Source of the DNA: an uncultured Candidatus Micrarchaeota archaeon
GTDB taxonomy: Archaea; Micrarchaeota; Micrarchaeia; Anstonellales; J096
Direction of reading: 5' to 3'
DNA: 64,000 nucleotides
NCBI GenBank assembly: GCA_938083015.1
Contig: CALKCX010000008.1
Location: 11,196-75,195 of the forward strand
The translations under genes and the position numbers were made by a program. Shown piece by piece: positions 9,466 through 17,753 of this stretch. The notes beneath the pieces were generated by a model. It was given only the letters and a program-made list of their open reading frames with translations. It did not search any database and was not told the origin of the DNA. Numbering within the stretch: position 1 is the stretch's first letter; the number at the start of each line of letters is the position of its first letter.

Positions 9466-10514
9466 CAGATATCTGGGATGAATTGGAAAGCGTACTTGAA
9501 GAGAATTTTCAAACAGATTATACATTGGCAAAAAATATAATTAGGAATGCTTATAAAGGTAGTTTTAGAGATATATTCTTTTTATCAATTTTGATTGATG
9601 ATCTTAAAGAAATTGATTACAAAGGTGAAAATGTTGAAACATATGTTCTTGTATGGGAAAGTTTACCTAGAAGCTATGGTGTTACGCCTTATGGTAGATA
9701 CTCTGATCCAGAATTCAAATTAGTCGTTAGTAACAATTTAGTAACATTAAACGGCAATGTGATAAATATGAAGTTAGATATAGATAATGTAACTATCTAT
9801 GGAATATGGGATAGGTTAGAAAAATCTATATTCATGAGTGATATCAACTCTTTGAATTTAAGTAAGGCCAATATTATATATATGCATCATGCTAATGGTA
9901 AAATAGAAGGGTGGACTATAAAGAAAGATCGTTTACCAACAGAATTATTACTTGCTTTAGCAGAAGCTGAAAAAAGAGGATATGGTGGGATAATTCGAGA
10001 TAATGTATTTTTTCCCACTAAAAAGTATATGTTAGAAGATGAGGTATATACTAAAAATATTACATCGCCAAATCAACATGAAAGATATAAGCTAATGTTA
10101 AGAGCAAGAAACTTCTATAAGTTTGCTGGTAATTTTATGGGAAATGTGATGAAATATCTTGAACAGGATAATGAACAATACGATCCGAGAAATACAAAGG
10201 TAGTTGTGCCCAAGAACTTACTACCAGAAATAGGAGAACACGTATCTTTGACATTACTTGAAACTGTAGTTGCATTTATAAATAGAAAAAATCTAGGTAG
10301 CTTTGTAATATTCCCTATAGGTAACGATATGTGGAAAATTAGAGAAAGTAAATACTATCAACCCGGAGATAGAGTGATAAGTTATTCATTGTTAGATCAA
10401 AATAGATTGAAGATTGATGTAAACTTAGGCAATGCCTTTTTCGATTACTTTTTATCAAAAACTTATCTTTACTATATTTCTAAATCTAAAGATGGAAAAA
10501 TCGTGATTATTTAA
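9456..10514 (+). CDS. Hypothetical protein (352 aa)
   Basis: Long ORF with a 10-nt overlap to the preceding ORF. No motif recognised. Confidence 0.6.
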   Translation: MEMTDIWDELESVLEENFQTDYTLAKNIIRNAYKGSFRDIFFLSILIDDLKEIDYKGENVETYVLVWESLPRSYGVTPYGRYSDPEFKLVVSNNLVTLNGNVINMKLDIDNVTIYGIWDRLEKSIFMSDINSLNLSKANIIYMHHANGKIEGWTIKKDRLPTELLLALAEAEKRGYGGIIRDNVFFPTKKYMLEDEVYTKNITSPNQHERYKLMLRARNFYKFAGNFMGNVMKYLEQDNEQYDPRNTKVVVPKNLLPEIGEHVSLTLLETVVAFINRKNLGSFVIFPIGNDMWKIRESKYYQPGDRVISYSLLDQNRLKIDVNLGNAFFDYFLSKTYLYYISKSKDGKIVII

Positions 10515-10536
10515 AATTATCTATGATAATATTAAT

Positions 10537-11217
10537 ATGAATCTAGAAGATATTAAGAATATGATTGTCGGTGATATAGTATTTAGTTCTAATGTAGGAG
10601 AGACTTTAAAAAAATGGAGAATAATATTTAAAGTTAGACAGAAAGAATTGGCTAAGGCAATGGGAATAAATCAGTCAATGCTTAGCGATTATGAAAATGG
10701 TAGACGACGAAGTCCTAATATAAGATTTATTAGAACTTTTGTTGAAAGTTTAATAAATATAGATACAAATAAAGGTGGAGAAATATTAAAGAAAATTGTA
10801 AATACAAGTAGTTCAGATTACTTTGAAAGAAAAAACTTTTCAAAGAGCATAACAATTCGAGAATTTATAAAACTAATCAACGGTAAAACAATTGTAGATA
10901 CGGGCAACATGGATTATCCTTTATATGGTTATACTATAGTTGATAGTATTCGTGTTATATTGGAAATGCCCCTTGATGATTTTCCTTTATTGTTTGGAGG
11001 TATAGCAGATAGGGCAATGATATTTTTAGGAGTAAGTACTGGTAGAAGTCCTATGGTAGTCATTAGAGTGGCACCTATAAAACCTAAAGTTGTCGTTTTC
11101 TTAAACTTAGATAAAGTAGATGATCTAGCAAAAGCAATAGCTAAGAGAGAAGGAATACCTATAGTATCCACATCTTTATCTATAGATGAACTTAGATCGA
11201 TCTTGTCTAAAATATAG
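10537..11217 (+). CDS. Archaeal HTH (XRE-type) transcriptional regulator with C-terminal domain
   Basis: LKKWRIIFKVRQKELAKAMGINQSMLSDYENGRRRSP is a classic XRE helix-turn-helix. Confidence 0.7.
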   Translation: MNLEDIKNMIVGDIVFSSNVGETLKKWRIIFKVRQKELAKAMGINQSMLSDYENGRRRSPNIRFIRTFVESLINIDTNKGGEILKKIVNTSSSDYFERKNFSKSITIREFIKLINGKTIVDTGNMDYPLYGYTIVDSIRVILEMPLDDFPLLFGGIADRAMIFLGVSTGRSPMVVIRVAPIKPKVVVFLNLDKVDDLAKAIAKREGIPIVSTSLSIDELRSILSKI

Positions 11218-11258
11218 ATTTAAAAAAGTTTATTATTAATTATAGGTTGTGAATAAAC

Positions 11259-11477
11259 ATGAGCAACGTGGATAGAAATAAACCTTATGATTATCTAAAT
11301 GCATGGTTAGATAAGCAAGTAAAGGTAAAACTAAAAGAAGGAAATGTAATAGAAGGAGTATTCGTAAGTTATGATATACATATGAATATAGTAATTCGAC
11401 AGAATAGAGAATTAGAAACCAGTCATATATTTATAAGAGGTGACAGTTTACTATATATTGAAAGACTAGATAGATGA
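11259..11477 (+). CDS. Sm-like archaeal protein (SmAP/LSm)
   Basis: Sm1/Sm2 pattern: VKVKLKEGNVIEGVFVSYDIHMNIVI...IFIRGDSLLYI. Confidence 0.85.
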   Translation: MSNVDRNKPYDYLNAWLDKQVKVKLKEGNVIEGVFVSYDIHMNIVIRQNRELETSHIFIRGDSLLYIERLDR

Positions 11478-12136
11478 TAAAACTCATTTTAGAGAGAATA
11501 AAGTATGCTAAATTAGAAGCACCAGTTTATCGAATGAAAAATATAACAGATACAAAAGAGAAGAAATTCGTATCTGCTTTTTTATCTACAAGAACTAAAG
11601 ATGAGGTAACTTTAGAAGTAATATTAAGAATTTATAGTAATTATAAGACGATATGGGGATTAAATAAAGATACTATTCAAAATCTTATCAAACCTGTTGC
11701 CTTTTATAGAGTTAAGGCAAATAATCTTTATAGAATAACTCAAAAATATGAAGATATACCTGAAGATCTAGAAAGTCTATTGACAATGCCTGGTGTAGGT
11801 CTAAAGGTCGCCAAAGTATTTTTAGCTGAACTTGGTAAAAGTTACATTGGAGTAGATACTCATGTACATAGAATAGCTAATCGAATTGGTATAGTTCAAA
11901 CTTCTAATCCAGAGCAAACAGATAGAATATTGAATGAAATCGTCGAAGATAAATTAAAACCAGAATTTAATACTCATTTAGTTGCTTTAGGTCAAACTAT
12001 ATGTAAAGCTAGAAAAGTAAACTGTAGTATATGTCCAATTAGAGATATTTGTAATTATAATTTAAAAACATATGAACAATATAAACATGGGAAGGCGGGG
12101 GCTAGGGGGCCCCTACATCCGCAACATCCCCTTTAG
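11474..12136 (+). CDS. nth: Endonuclease III (HhH-GPD DNA glycosylase)
   Basis: HhH motif LTMPGVGLKVAKVFL, VDTHVHRIANRIG, and the 4Fe-4S cluster C-x6-C-x2-C-x5-C (CKARKVNCSICPIRDIC). The last ~16 codons run into the SRP RNA gene. Confidence 0.85.
   Translation: MIKLILERIKYAKLEAPVYRMKNITDTKEKKFVSAFLSTRTKDEVTLEVILRIYSNYKTIWGLNKDTIQNLIKPVAFYRVKANNLYRITQKYEDIPEDLESLLTMPGVGLKVAKVFLAELGKSYIGVDTHVHRIANRIGIVQTSNPEQTDRILNEIVEDKLKPEFNTHLVALGQTICKARKVNCSICPIRDICNYNLKTYEQYKHGKAGARGPLHPQHPL
12061..12068 (+). promoter_or_regulatory. Putative TATA box for the SRP RNA gene
   Basis: TTTAAAAA is centred about 25 nt upstream of the first G-rich bases of the SRP RNA (about 12089), which fits archaeal promoter geometry. 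It lies inside the nth coding sequence. Confidence 0.4.
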
Positions 12137-12342
12137 CGGGCCGAAAGAGGGGGTGTAATAGGATCCTCAATAAGATCGTGATAGATGATATGATTGGGAT
12201 AGATAAGGTAATAGCTCCCTATACCGAACCGGGTCAGGCCGATAGGAGCAGCCCTAAAGTATAGGGACTGTTTACCTTATCTTGACCATGATCATCGATT
12301 CGCGATCGATTTGAGGGAAATCCTATTGCTAACCCCTCTCCC
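12089..12342 (+). ncRNA. Signal recognition particle RNA (7S/SRP RNA)
   Basis: GC-rich island in AT-rich DNA. It has a helix-8-like motif CCGGGTCAGGCCGATAGGAGCAGCCC, a long helix 5 (GATCGTGATAGATGATATGATTGGGATAGATAAGGTAA pairs with TTACCTTATCTTGACCATGATCATCGATTCGCGATC), and a G-rich 5' end that pairs with the CCCCTCTCCC 3' end. Ends are approximate. Confidence 0.85.
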
Positions 12343-12359
12343 AATTATAGGTGATAGAT

Positions 12360-12785
12360 ATGATCCAAGGAGCTGGAATCATATTGTTTAAGAATAATAA
12401 AATATTGATATTGAAAAGTGTCAAAGGTCATTATGATTTTCCAAAAGGTCATGTTGAACCTGGTGAAAGTTTATTAGAAGCTGCTATAAGAGAATTTGAA
12501 GAAGAGACCGGTTTAGACCATAAACATATAAAGATAATTGAAGATAAACAATATGTTATTGAATACTATGTAAAAGAACATGGTGAAATAGATTTAAAAC
12601 GGGTAACTTTCTTCTTGGCCGAATATCTTGGAGAAGATGATATAAGAATATCAAAAGAACATGAATCCTATGTCTGGTTAGATTTAAATGATGATTTAGA
12701 AAAAGCATTTAAATATAGACAGCATAAAGAGCTTGTGAAAAAGATTTTAAAGGATATTAGAGAATTACAAAAACATGGCCAATAA
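12360..12785 (+). CDS. Nudix hydrolase
   Basis: Nudix box GHVEPGESLLEAAIREFEEETGL. ATG 12360 is preceded by GGTGA. Confidence 0.85.
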   Translation: MIQGAGIILFKNNKILILKSVKGHYDFPKGHVEPGESLLEAAIREFEEETGLDHKHIKIIEDKQYVIEYYVKEHGEIDLKRVTFFLAEYLGEDDIRISKEHESYVWLDLNDDLEKAFKYRQHKELVKKILKDIRELQKHGQ

Positions 12786-13551
12786 TAAAGATAATTCTAT
12801 TGAAACATTGGTCAAAATGGCATATGATACAGACCCAAATGTTAGAATGTATGCTGCTGAACAACTTGGTGAATTAGATGAAGATCTTGCCTATCAAGTA
12901 TTGTTAGAATTAAGTAATGATAAAGATAATAATGTTAAAGAAGCGGCAAAGAAATCAATAGAGAAGTATAAACAAAGATATCAATCTAGAAATCCTAATC
13001 AAGTGTCTCCTTTGCTATCGACTATAAATCAGATAATAGCTAAACAGCAAGATTATATCGATGAGAATAAAATTGAAAATGAAGATGAAAAAATTCAGAG
13101 TTTTGATGTATTTAGCTATGTATACCAATCTTTAGATAGATATAGAGAAAAACCCCAGATAATGAAGAAGCATTTTGACAATCTTAGATCTTATTTATTA
13201 AGAGAACTTGATCTTATATATGAGCTTATAGAAAATGAAGATGCTTTTGATATTACTAAGATAAGAAATCGTATGAAAATATCGAATACAGGTGAGTTGA
13301 CAATAAAGAGTAAAGAGCTTAAAGAATTTGTTGAAAAGAAGAATAAGAAGAAGATAAATATGTATAGATTAATCGTAGAAGATCGATATGGTAGAGAAGG
13401 AGTAGTATATATAAATTACGATATGGGGCAGAAGCTTAATAAAGGTGATGTAATAAAAATAGTTAACTGTGAAGCTAGAACTATAAAAGGAACTGATGAA
13501 ACGGCAATATGGATATGGGATGAAGGGACAATAATATGGAAGAAATTATAG
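12775..13551 (+). CDS. Hypothetical HEAT-repeat / C-terminal OB-fold-like protein
   Basis: The N-terminus DPNVRMYAAEQLGELDEDLAYQVLLELSNDKDNNVKEAAKKSIE looks like a PBS-lyase HEAT pair. The C-terminus YRLIVEDRYGREGVVYINYD...LNKGDVIKIVNCEARTIKGTDE resembles an RPA-type OB fold. Confidence 0.5.
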   Translation: MANNKDNSIETLVKMAYDTDPNVRMYAAEQLGELDEDLAYQVLLELSNDKDNNVKEAAKKSIEKYKQRYQSRNPNQVSPLLSTINQIIAKQQDYIDENKIENEDEKIQSFDVFSYVYQSLDRYREKPQIMKKHFDNLRSYLLRELDLIYELIENEDAFDITKIRNRMKISNTGELTIKSKELKEFVEKKNKKKINMYRLIVEDRYGREGVVYINYDMGQKLNKGDVIKIVNCEARTIKGTDETAIWIWDEGTIIWKKL

Positions 13552-13913
13552 ATAAAAACAGTAAAATTCTAGTAATAGGTGTATCGGAAAATCGTAGTAA
13601 ATTTGGAACTAGAATTTTCTATACTTTGTTAGACAATGGTTATAATGTTTATGGTCTAGGTAGGAATAGTTTTCATGAAAGAGTATACACAATATTAGAT
13701 AAATTCGATTTCGATATCGCCATTATGGTAATTCCACCTAACTCTCAATCAGAGGTTATAGATAAGTTAGTGAATAGCAATGTAAAAATCGTTTGGTTTC
13801 AACCTGGTAGTGAGTGGGAAGAAGGTATAAGAAGACTAGAGAAAGCTGGCAAATTAGTAATATATGGAAAATGCATTATAGTCGATCATTTAAAACTTAA
13901 ATTTAGTTTTTAA
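13536..13913 (+). CDS. CoA-binding domain protein (YccU/YneT-like)
   Basis: KILVIGVSENRSKFGTRIF...VWFQPGSE is typical of the small CoA-binding family. Confidence 0.65.
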   Translation: MEEIIDKNSKILVIGVSENRSKFGTRIFYTLLDNGYNVYGLGRNSFHERVYTILDKFDFDIAIMVIPPNSQSEVIDKLVNSNVKIVWFQPGSEWEEGIRRLEKAGKLVIYGKCIIVDHLKLKFSF

Positions 13914-14193
13914 TACTTTCTAACAATTTTTTCAAATCTTCATTTGGTATTACTCGAAAAATGCCCATGATTTGATTTACATCTATATTAGGTGTTTTTC
14001 CTCTAAGAAGTTGTTCTTGTAACCATTTCATCTCTTCATTTACCCTTCTCCATTCTTCCATATTCTTAAATCTTAATCTTCCAGATTTGATAAATTCTAA
14101 TATTGTTACACATGAACCTTCATCAGATTTAGTTTTAATCTCAGGTCGATACTTAAAATTCTTATCGTCAATTTCTCTTTCTATTTTAATCAT
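13903..14193 (-). CDS. Hypothetical protein (96 aa)
   Basis: ORF only. It fits the intergenic space, and its 3' end overlaps the convergent gene by 11 nt. Confidence 0.45.
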   Translation of the reverse strand: MIKIEREIDDKNFKYRPEIKTKSDEGSCVTILEFIKSGRLRFKNMEEWRRVNEEMKWLQEQLLRGKTPNIDVNQIMGIFRVIPNEDLKKLLESIKN

Positions 14194-14212
14194 GTTAATT
14201 ATTTACATAAAA

Positions 14213-15475
14213 CTATTTAAAAATGACACTTATTACAATGAGCAATAAAAATATTGATGTTGTAAATGTTAATATTTTATTAGAATGTTGATCAAATACA
14301 GTTTTTATAACTTGGCCCCCATCTAGTAAATACAATGGCAACATATTCGTAATTCCGACTATTAAATTAATTGAAAACAACATGAATAAAATATTATAGA
14401 TAAATTCTAAAATTGGATTATCGTAAATTGCAGTTAACGATGAAGATGGCAATGGGGCGTATTTTACATATCTATCTAATACGAATTTTCCATAATTTGT
14501 ATCTAATACAGAATCATTCTTGAAGAAAGCATTTACACATGGTTGTCCATCTATAGTTTTGATTATAACAATCTTATCTTTAATTACATCATTGCTTATA
14601 CACGCACCTTTTATAGTATAAGGTTCGGTAATTAAATAAAAGCCCCAAAACATGAGAAAAAACACCATACTAAAAAATATATTTATACCTACTCCGGCCA
14701 ATAGTATATCAAGTTTAGCTTCTCTATCTTGAAATTCTGAAAATTCTTGTTCATCAGGTTCTACAAAAGCACCAACAGGTATACCTCCATAGGTAATTAG
14801 ACCAGTACTTTTTATATTTATATTTCTCGATACTGCTATTACTGCATGTGCAAGCTCATGGACTATCATAACAAATCCTAAAGCAATTATAGATTCTATA
14901 AATGGTAACGTTATACCTGGAATTAATGGAGTGACCATGTTACTACTAACATATCCCTGGGCATCTAATTCAGATAAAACTCTTCTAAACCCGATTATTA
15001 TTGAATATAAAAACCAACCTACAATTCCAAATAATACCAATAGTAACCCGGCTATTATATTTGTTCCAGTTGATTGTACATAGTAAAATTTAGATAAAGC
15101 TATTTGATACATTAAAGATAATACTAAAAGCGTAAATAGAGATGTGATATAGACTATAAATTTATGTTTATAATTGCTTGGGAATAAAAAATAGGAGAGA
15201 AACCCAAACATTATATTGAAAGATACCCTTGATAAAAATGTGATAAAATCGTTTAACCATCTGTATTTTAATATCGTAATATTAAATCTATCTGTCCTAA
15301 TCATGTTGAATATCCCCATAACAGGTTCAAATCTATGAAATATGAAAATACCGTAACTACTTATTACTCCCCAGATTAGTATTATTAATAATAGATAAAT
15401 TCCTGGTAATTGATACTGTATTAATAAAAGTATTAATACGAATGTACTTAATATAAAGGCTATAATTCCAACCAT
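14213..15475 (-). CDS. Site-2 protease family (M50) membrane metalloprotease
   Basis: Polytopic, with HELAHAV (HExxH) and NMLPLYLLDGG (NxxPxxxLDG). Confidence 0.85.
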   Translation of the reverse strand: MVGIIAFILSTFVLILLLIQYQLPGIYLLLIILIWGVISSYGIFIFHRFEPVMGIFNMIRTDRFNITILKYRWLNDFITFLSRVSFNIMFGFLSYFLFPSNYKHKFIVYITSLFTLLVLSLMYQIALSKFYYVQSTGTNIIAGLLLVLFGIVGWFLYSIIIGFRRVLSELDAQGYVSSNMVTPLIPGITLPFIESIIALGFVMIVHELAHAVIAVSRNINIKSTGLITYGGIPVGAFVEPDEQEFSEFQDREAKLDILLAGVGINIFFSMVFFLMFWGFYLITEPYTIKGACISNDVIKDKIVIIKTIDGQPCVNAFFKNDSVLDTNYGKFVLDRYVKYAPLPSSSLTAIYDNPILEFIYNILFMLFSINLIVGITNMLPLYLLDGGQVIKTVFDQHSNKILTFTTSIFLLLIVISVIFK

Positions 15476-16704
15476 TGTCCTGTTCCTATTGCAACAGCAT
15501 CATATCCTAACTCAGATCTAAGCTCTTCTTCAAATATATCAGAAGAATCAGAATGAACAAGTATTATCTTCTCAGGAGATACTTTATTAATATAGGCCAA
15601 TATGTCTTTTCTATCAGCATGTGCAGACAAATTAAAATGATATACGGGCAAGTCTACTTTAAGCTCAGTATTATCCAATTTTATCTTTCCATAATTTAAT
15701 AGTCTATACCCATTACTAGTCTTTACCTGGTAACCTGTTAATATTACAGAAGACTTTCTATTTAGATTAAATAAATAATGTATTGCTGGTCCACCTTCTA
15801 ACATTCCTGAAGATGAAACTATAATACCGGGTTTATCTGTAATCTTATGCCTCTTTACTCTATCTACTTCTTTCACATATTTTAGTTTTTTATCAAAAGA
15901 TTTATCTTTTAAATCATCTTTATAGCTTAGATATACTTTGTTTATCAATTTTCCCATACCGTCTACATATATAGGTACGCGGTCTTTGTATTTATCCACA
16001 AGTATCGATATCAATTCTTGAGTTCTACCTAATGCAAAAGATGGAAATAAAGCTACTCCACCATTATCTATCGTATTATCAACTACTTCAAAAATCTTCT
16101 CTATTTGTAATCTTCTATCAGTATGATCTTGATACCAATAAGTCGATTCTATTATCAATATATCTGCCTTAGGTGGATCTTTTGCCTTCTGTATTAATTC
16201 CGTATCTATATATTTAAAATCTCCCGTATATATTATTTTTTTATCTTTAATTTCAATATACGTAGATGCTGCTCCTAATAGATGTCCAGCTCTTATTGGT
16301 AATATCTTTACACCGTATATAGAATTCCATACATTATAATCTAATATTTCGACATTTTTCTTTACTTTTTCCAGATCTTTAATATTATAATCGGGTTTTC
16401 TATTATTAAGTTTAGCTACTTTTATATAATCCTTCCACATTACATCAGCTTCTAATAAAGTAGGTTTAGTTAGAAATATTGGAATATTGTTTAACACAGG
16501 TACATATCCAGAATGATCTAGATGTGCATGTGATAAAATAAGGAATTTTAGATTATCTTGTAATATTGGAAATTCTACAGATCTATCTTCGAGAATTTTT
16601 ACTCCTGCATCCATACCAAATCTAAGTCCATCGTGATCTATTATAATATGAGATCTTCCGACTTCTCTTCCAGCTCCACCGCAAAACAATTTCATAAACC
16701 TCAC
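15460..16704 (-). CDS. Beta-CASP metallo-beta-lactamase ribonuclease (aCPSF2-like)
   Basis: LSHAHLDHSG (HxHxDH), later ESTY and HADR motifs, and about 410 aa as for archaeal aCPSF2. Confidence 0.75.
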   Translation of the reverse strand: MRFMKLFCGGAGREVGRSHIIIDHDGLRFGMDAGVKILEDRSVEFPILQDNLKFLILSHAHLDHSGYVPVLNNIPIFLTKPTLLEADVMWKDYIKVAKLNNRKPDYNIKDLEKVKKNVEILDYNVWNSIYGVKILPIRAGHLLGAASTYIEIKDKKIIYTGDFKYIDTELIQKAKDPPKADILIIESTYWYQDHTDRRLQIEKIFEVVDNTIDNGGVALFPSFALGRTQELISILVDKYKDRVPIYVDGMGKLINKVYLSYKDDLKDKSFDKKLKYVKEVDRVKRHKITDKPGIIVSSSGMLEGGPAIHYLFNLNRKSSVILTGYQVKTSNGYRLLNYGKIKLDNTELKVDLPVYHFNLSAHADRKDILAYINKVSPEKIILVHSDSSDIFEEELRSELGYDAVAIGTGQWLEL

Positions 16705-16715
16705 TTTTAATAATA

Positions 16716-17243
16716 TTAATCTTTTAATAATCTTTTTCTTTTTAGATCTGATACTCCTTCTATTCTTTTAATGGCCTCATCCACGAATATATCTGGATCT
16801 TCTATAGCATCTAGCGAGAATTCACTAAGTTTTATATCAGTAGCAGCAGTCGAGATTATTACTTGACCAACATTTAATATTCTATGTATTATATCATATC
16901 TTATAGCTATGTTTTGTATTTTAATATAAGGTATTCTTTCTATTCTCTTAGTTATAATTCCGTATTTTAATACTAAGTTTTTATCAGTAAACATATAACT
17001 AAAATTTCTCCATTTTAATTCAATGTAAATATAATGCAATATTAGATAAAATATTAAAAATATTAGACCGATTAGTCCGTATACGAAAATTATATCTAAT
17101 ATAGGAAAACCTATCATTCCTAAGAATACCGATGCTAATAATATGACAATCAATGCTATTGTAGTAAAGCTTATTGCATTAAGCATCCATATTATTTTAA
17201 CTTTAGGTGATAATCTATATTCGACATTTAATTCTATTCTCAT
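16716..17243 (-). CDS. Membrane protein with bacterial-type PH (YdbS/DUF304-like) domain
   Basis: Two TM helices followed by FTDKNLVLKYGIITKRIERIPYIKIQNIAIRYDIIHRILNVGQVIIST. Confidence 0.6.
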   Translation of the reverse strand: MRIELNVEYRLSPKVKIIWMLNAISFTTIALIVILLASVFLGMIGFPILDIIFVYGLIGLIFLIFYLILHYIYIELKWRNFSYMFTDKNLVLKYGIITKRIERIPYIKIQNIAIRYDIIHRILNVGQVIISTAATDIKLSEFSLDAIEDPDIFVDEAIKRIEGVSDLKRKRLLKD

Positions 17244-17244
17244 A

Positions 17245-17472
17245 CTATTTAAATCGACTTTTCTCTTTTAAAACATTCTCTAAACGTTCAGCTAAATCAG
17301 TTAGTCTTAGTATACTGTTTACTATCTGTCTTGCCTTTACACTATTCCCGTGTATTTCTATTGATAATTTATCTTCATGTAACTCCATATTAAAGCCCCC
17401 AACTCTGTATATGGGGTAAAGTAAATTATAAATATGTTTTCCTTCATCATATTCAAATCTTATCTTTAGCAT
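17245..17472 (-). CDS. Possible KEOPS subunit Pcc1-like protein
   Basis: 75 aa. The LSIEIHGNSVKARQIVNSILRLTDLAERL pattern resembles Pcc1/CTAG. This is a weak, memory-based call. Confidence 0.35.
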   Translation of the reverse strand: MLKIRFEYDEGKHIYNLLYPIYRVGGFNMELHEDKLSIEIHGNSVKARQIVNSILRLTDLAERLENVLKEKSRFK

Positions 17473-17753
17473 TTTAAATCAAATACTTTGTAATAACCTT
17501 TATTTGTATGTAATATAACTGCTGTTGGACAACTATCTAATCGAATATTAGTAGTATTGTAAACTTGATTGTCTGGAAAAACAGTTAAAGAATATATTAC
17601 AATTTCCTCATTATAATATATCTGTAAAGTACCGTTATTGAATAGTATCTTTATGCTCTGCCCAGTATTGTTAAAAAGTCTCTCTGATCCAAAGATACTT
17701 AAAAGTATTGCAAATAACATTAACCAAAAAGATAAAATGTATTCTATTTTCAT
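17466..17753 (-). CDS. Small membrane/secreted protein (95 aa)
   Basis: N-terminal hydrophobic helix, several NxT sequons, and ATGA-type overlaps on both sides. Confidence 0.5.
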   Translation of the reverse strand: MKIEYILSFWLMLFAILLSIFGSERLFNNTGQSIKILFNNGTLQIYYNEEIVIYSLTVFPDNQVYNTTNIRLDSCPTAVILHTNKGYYKVFDLKC

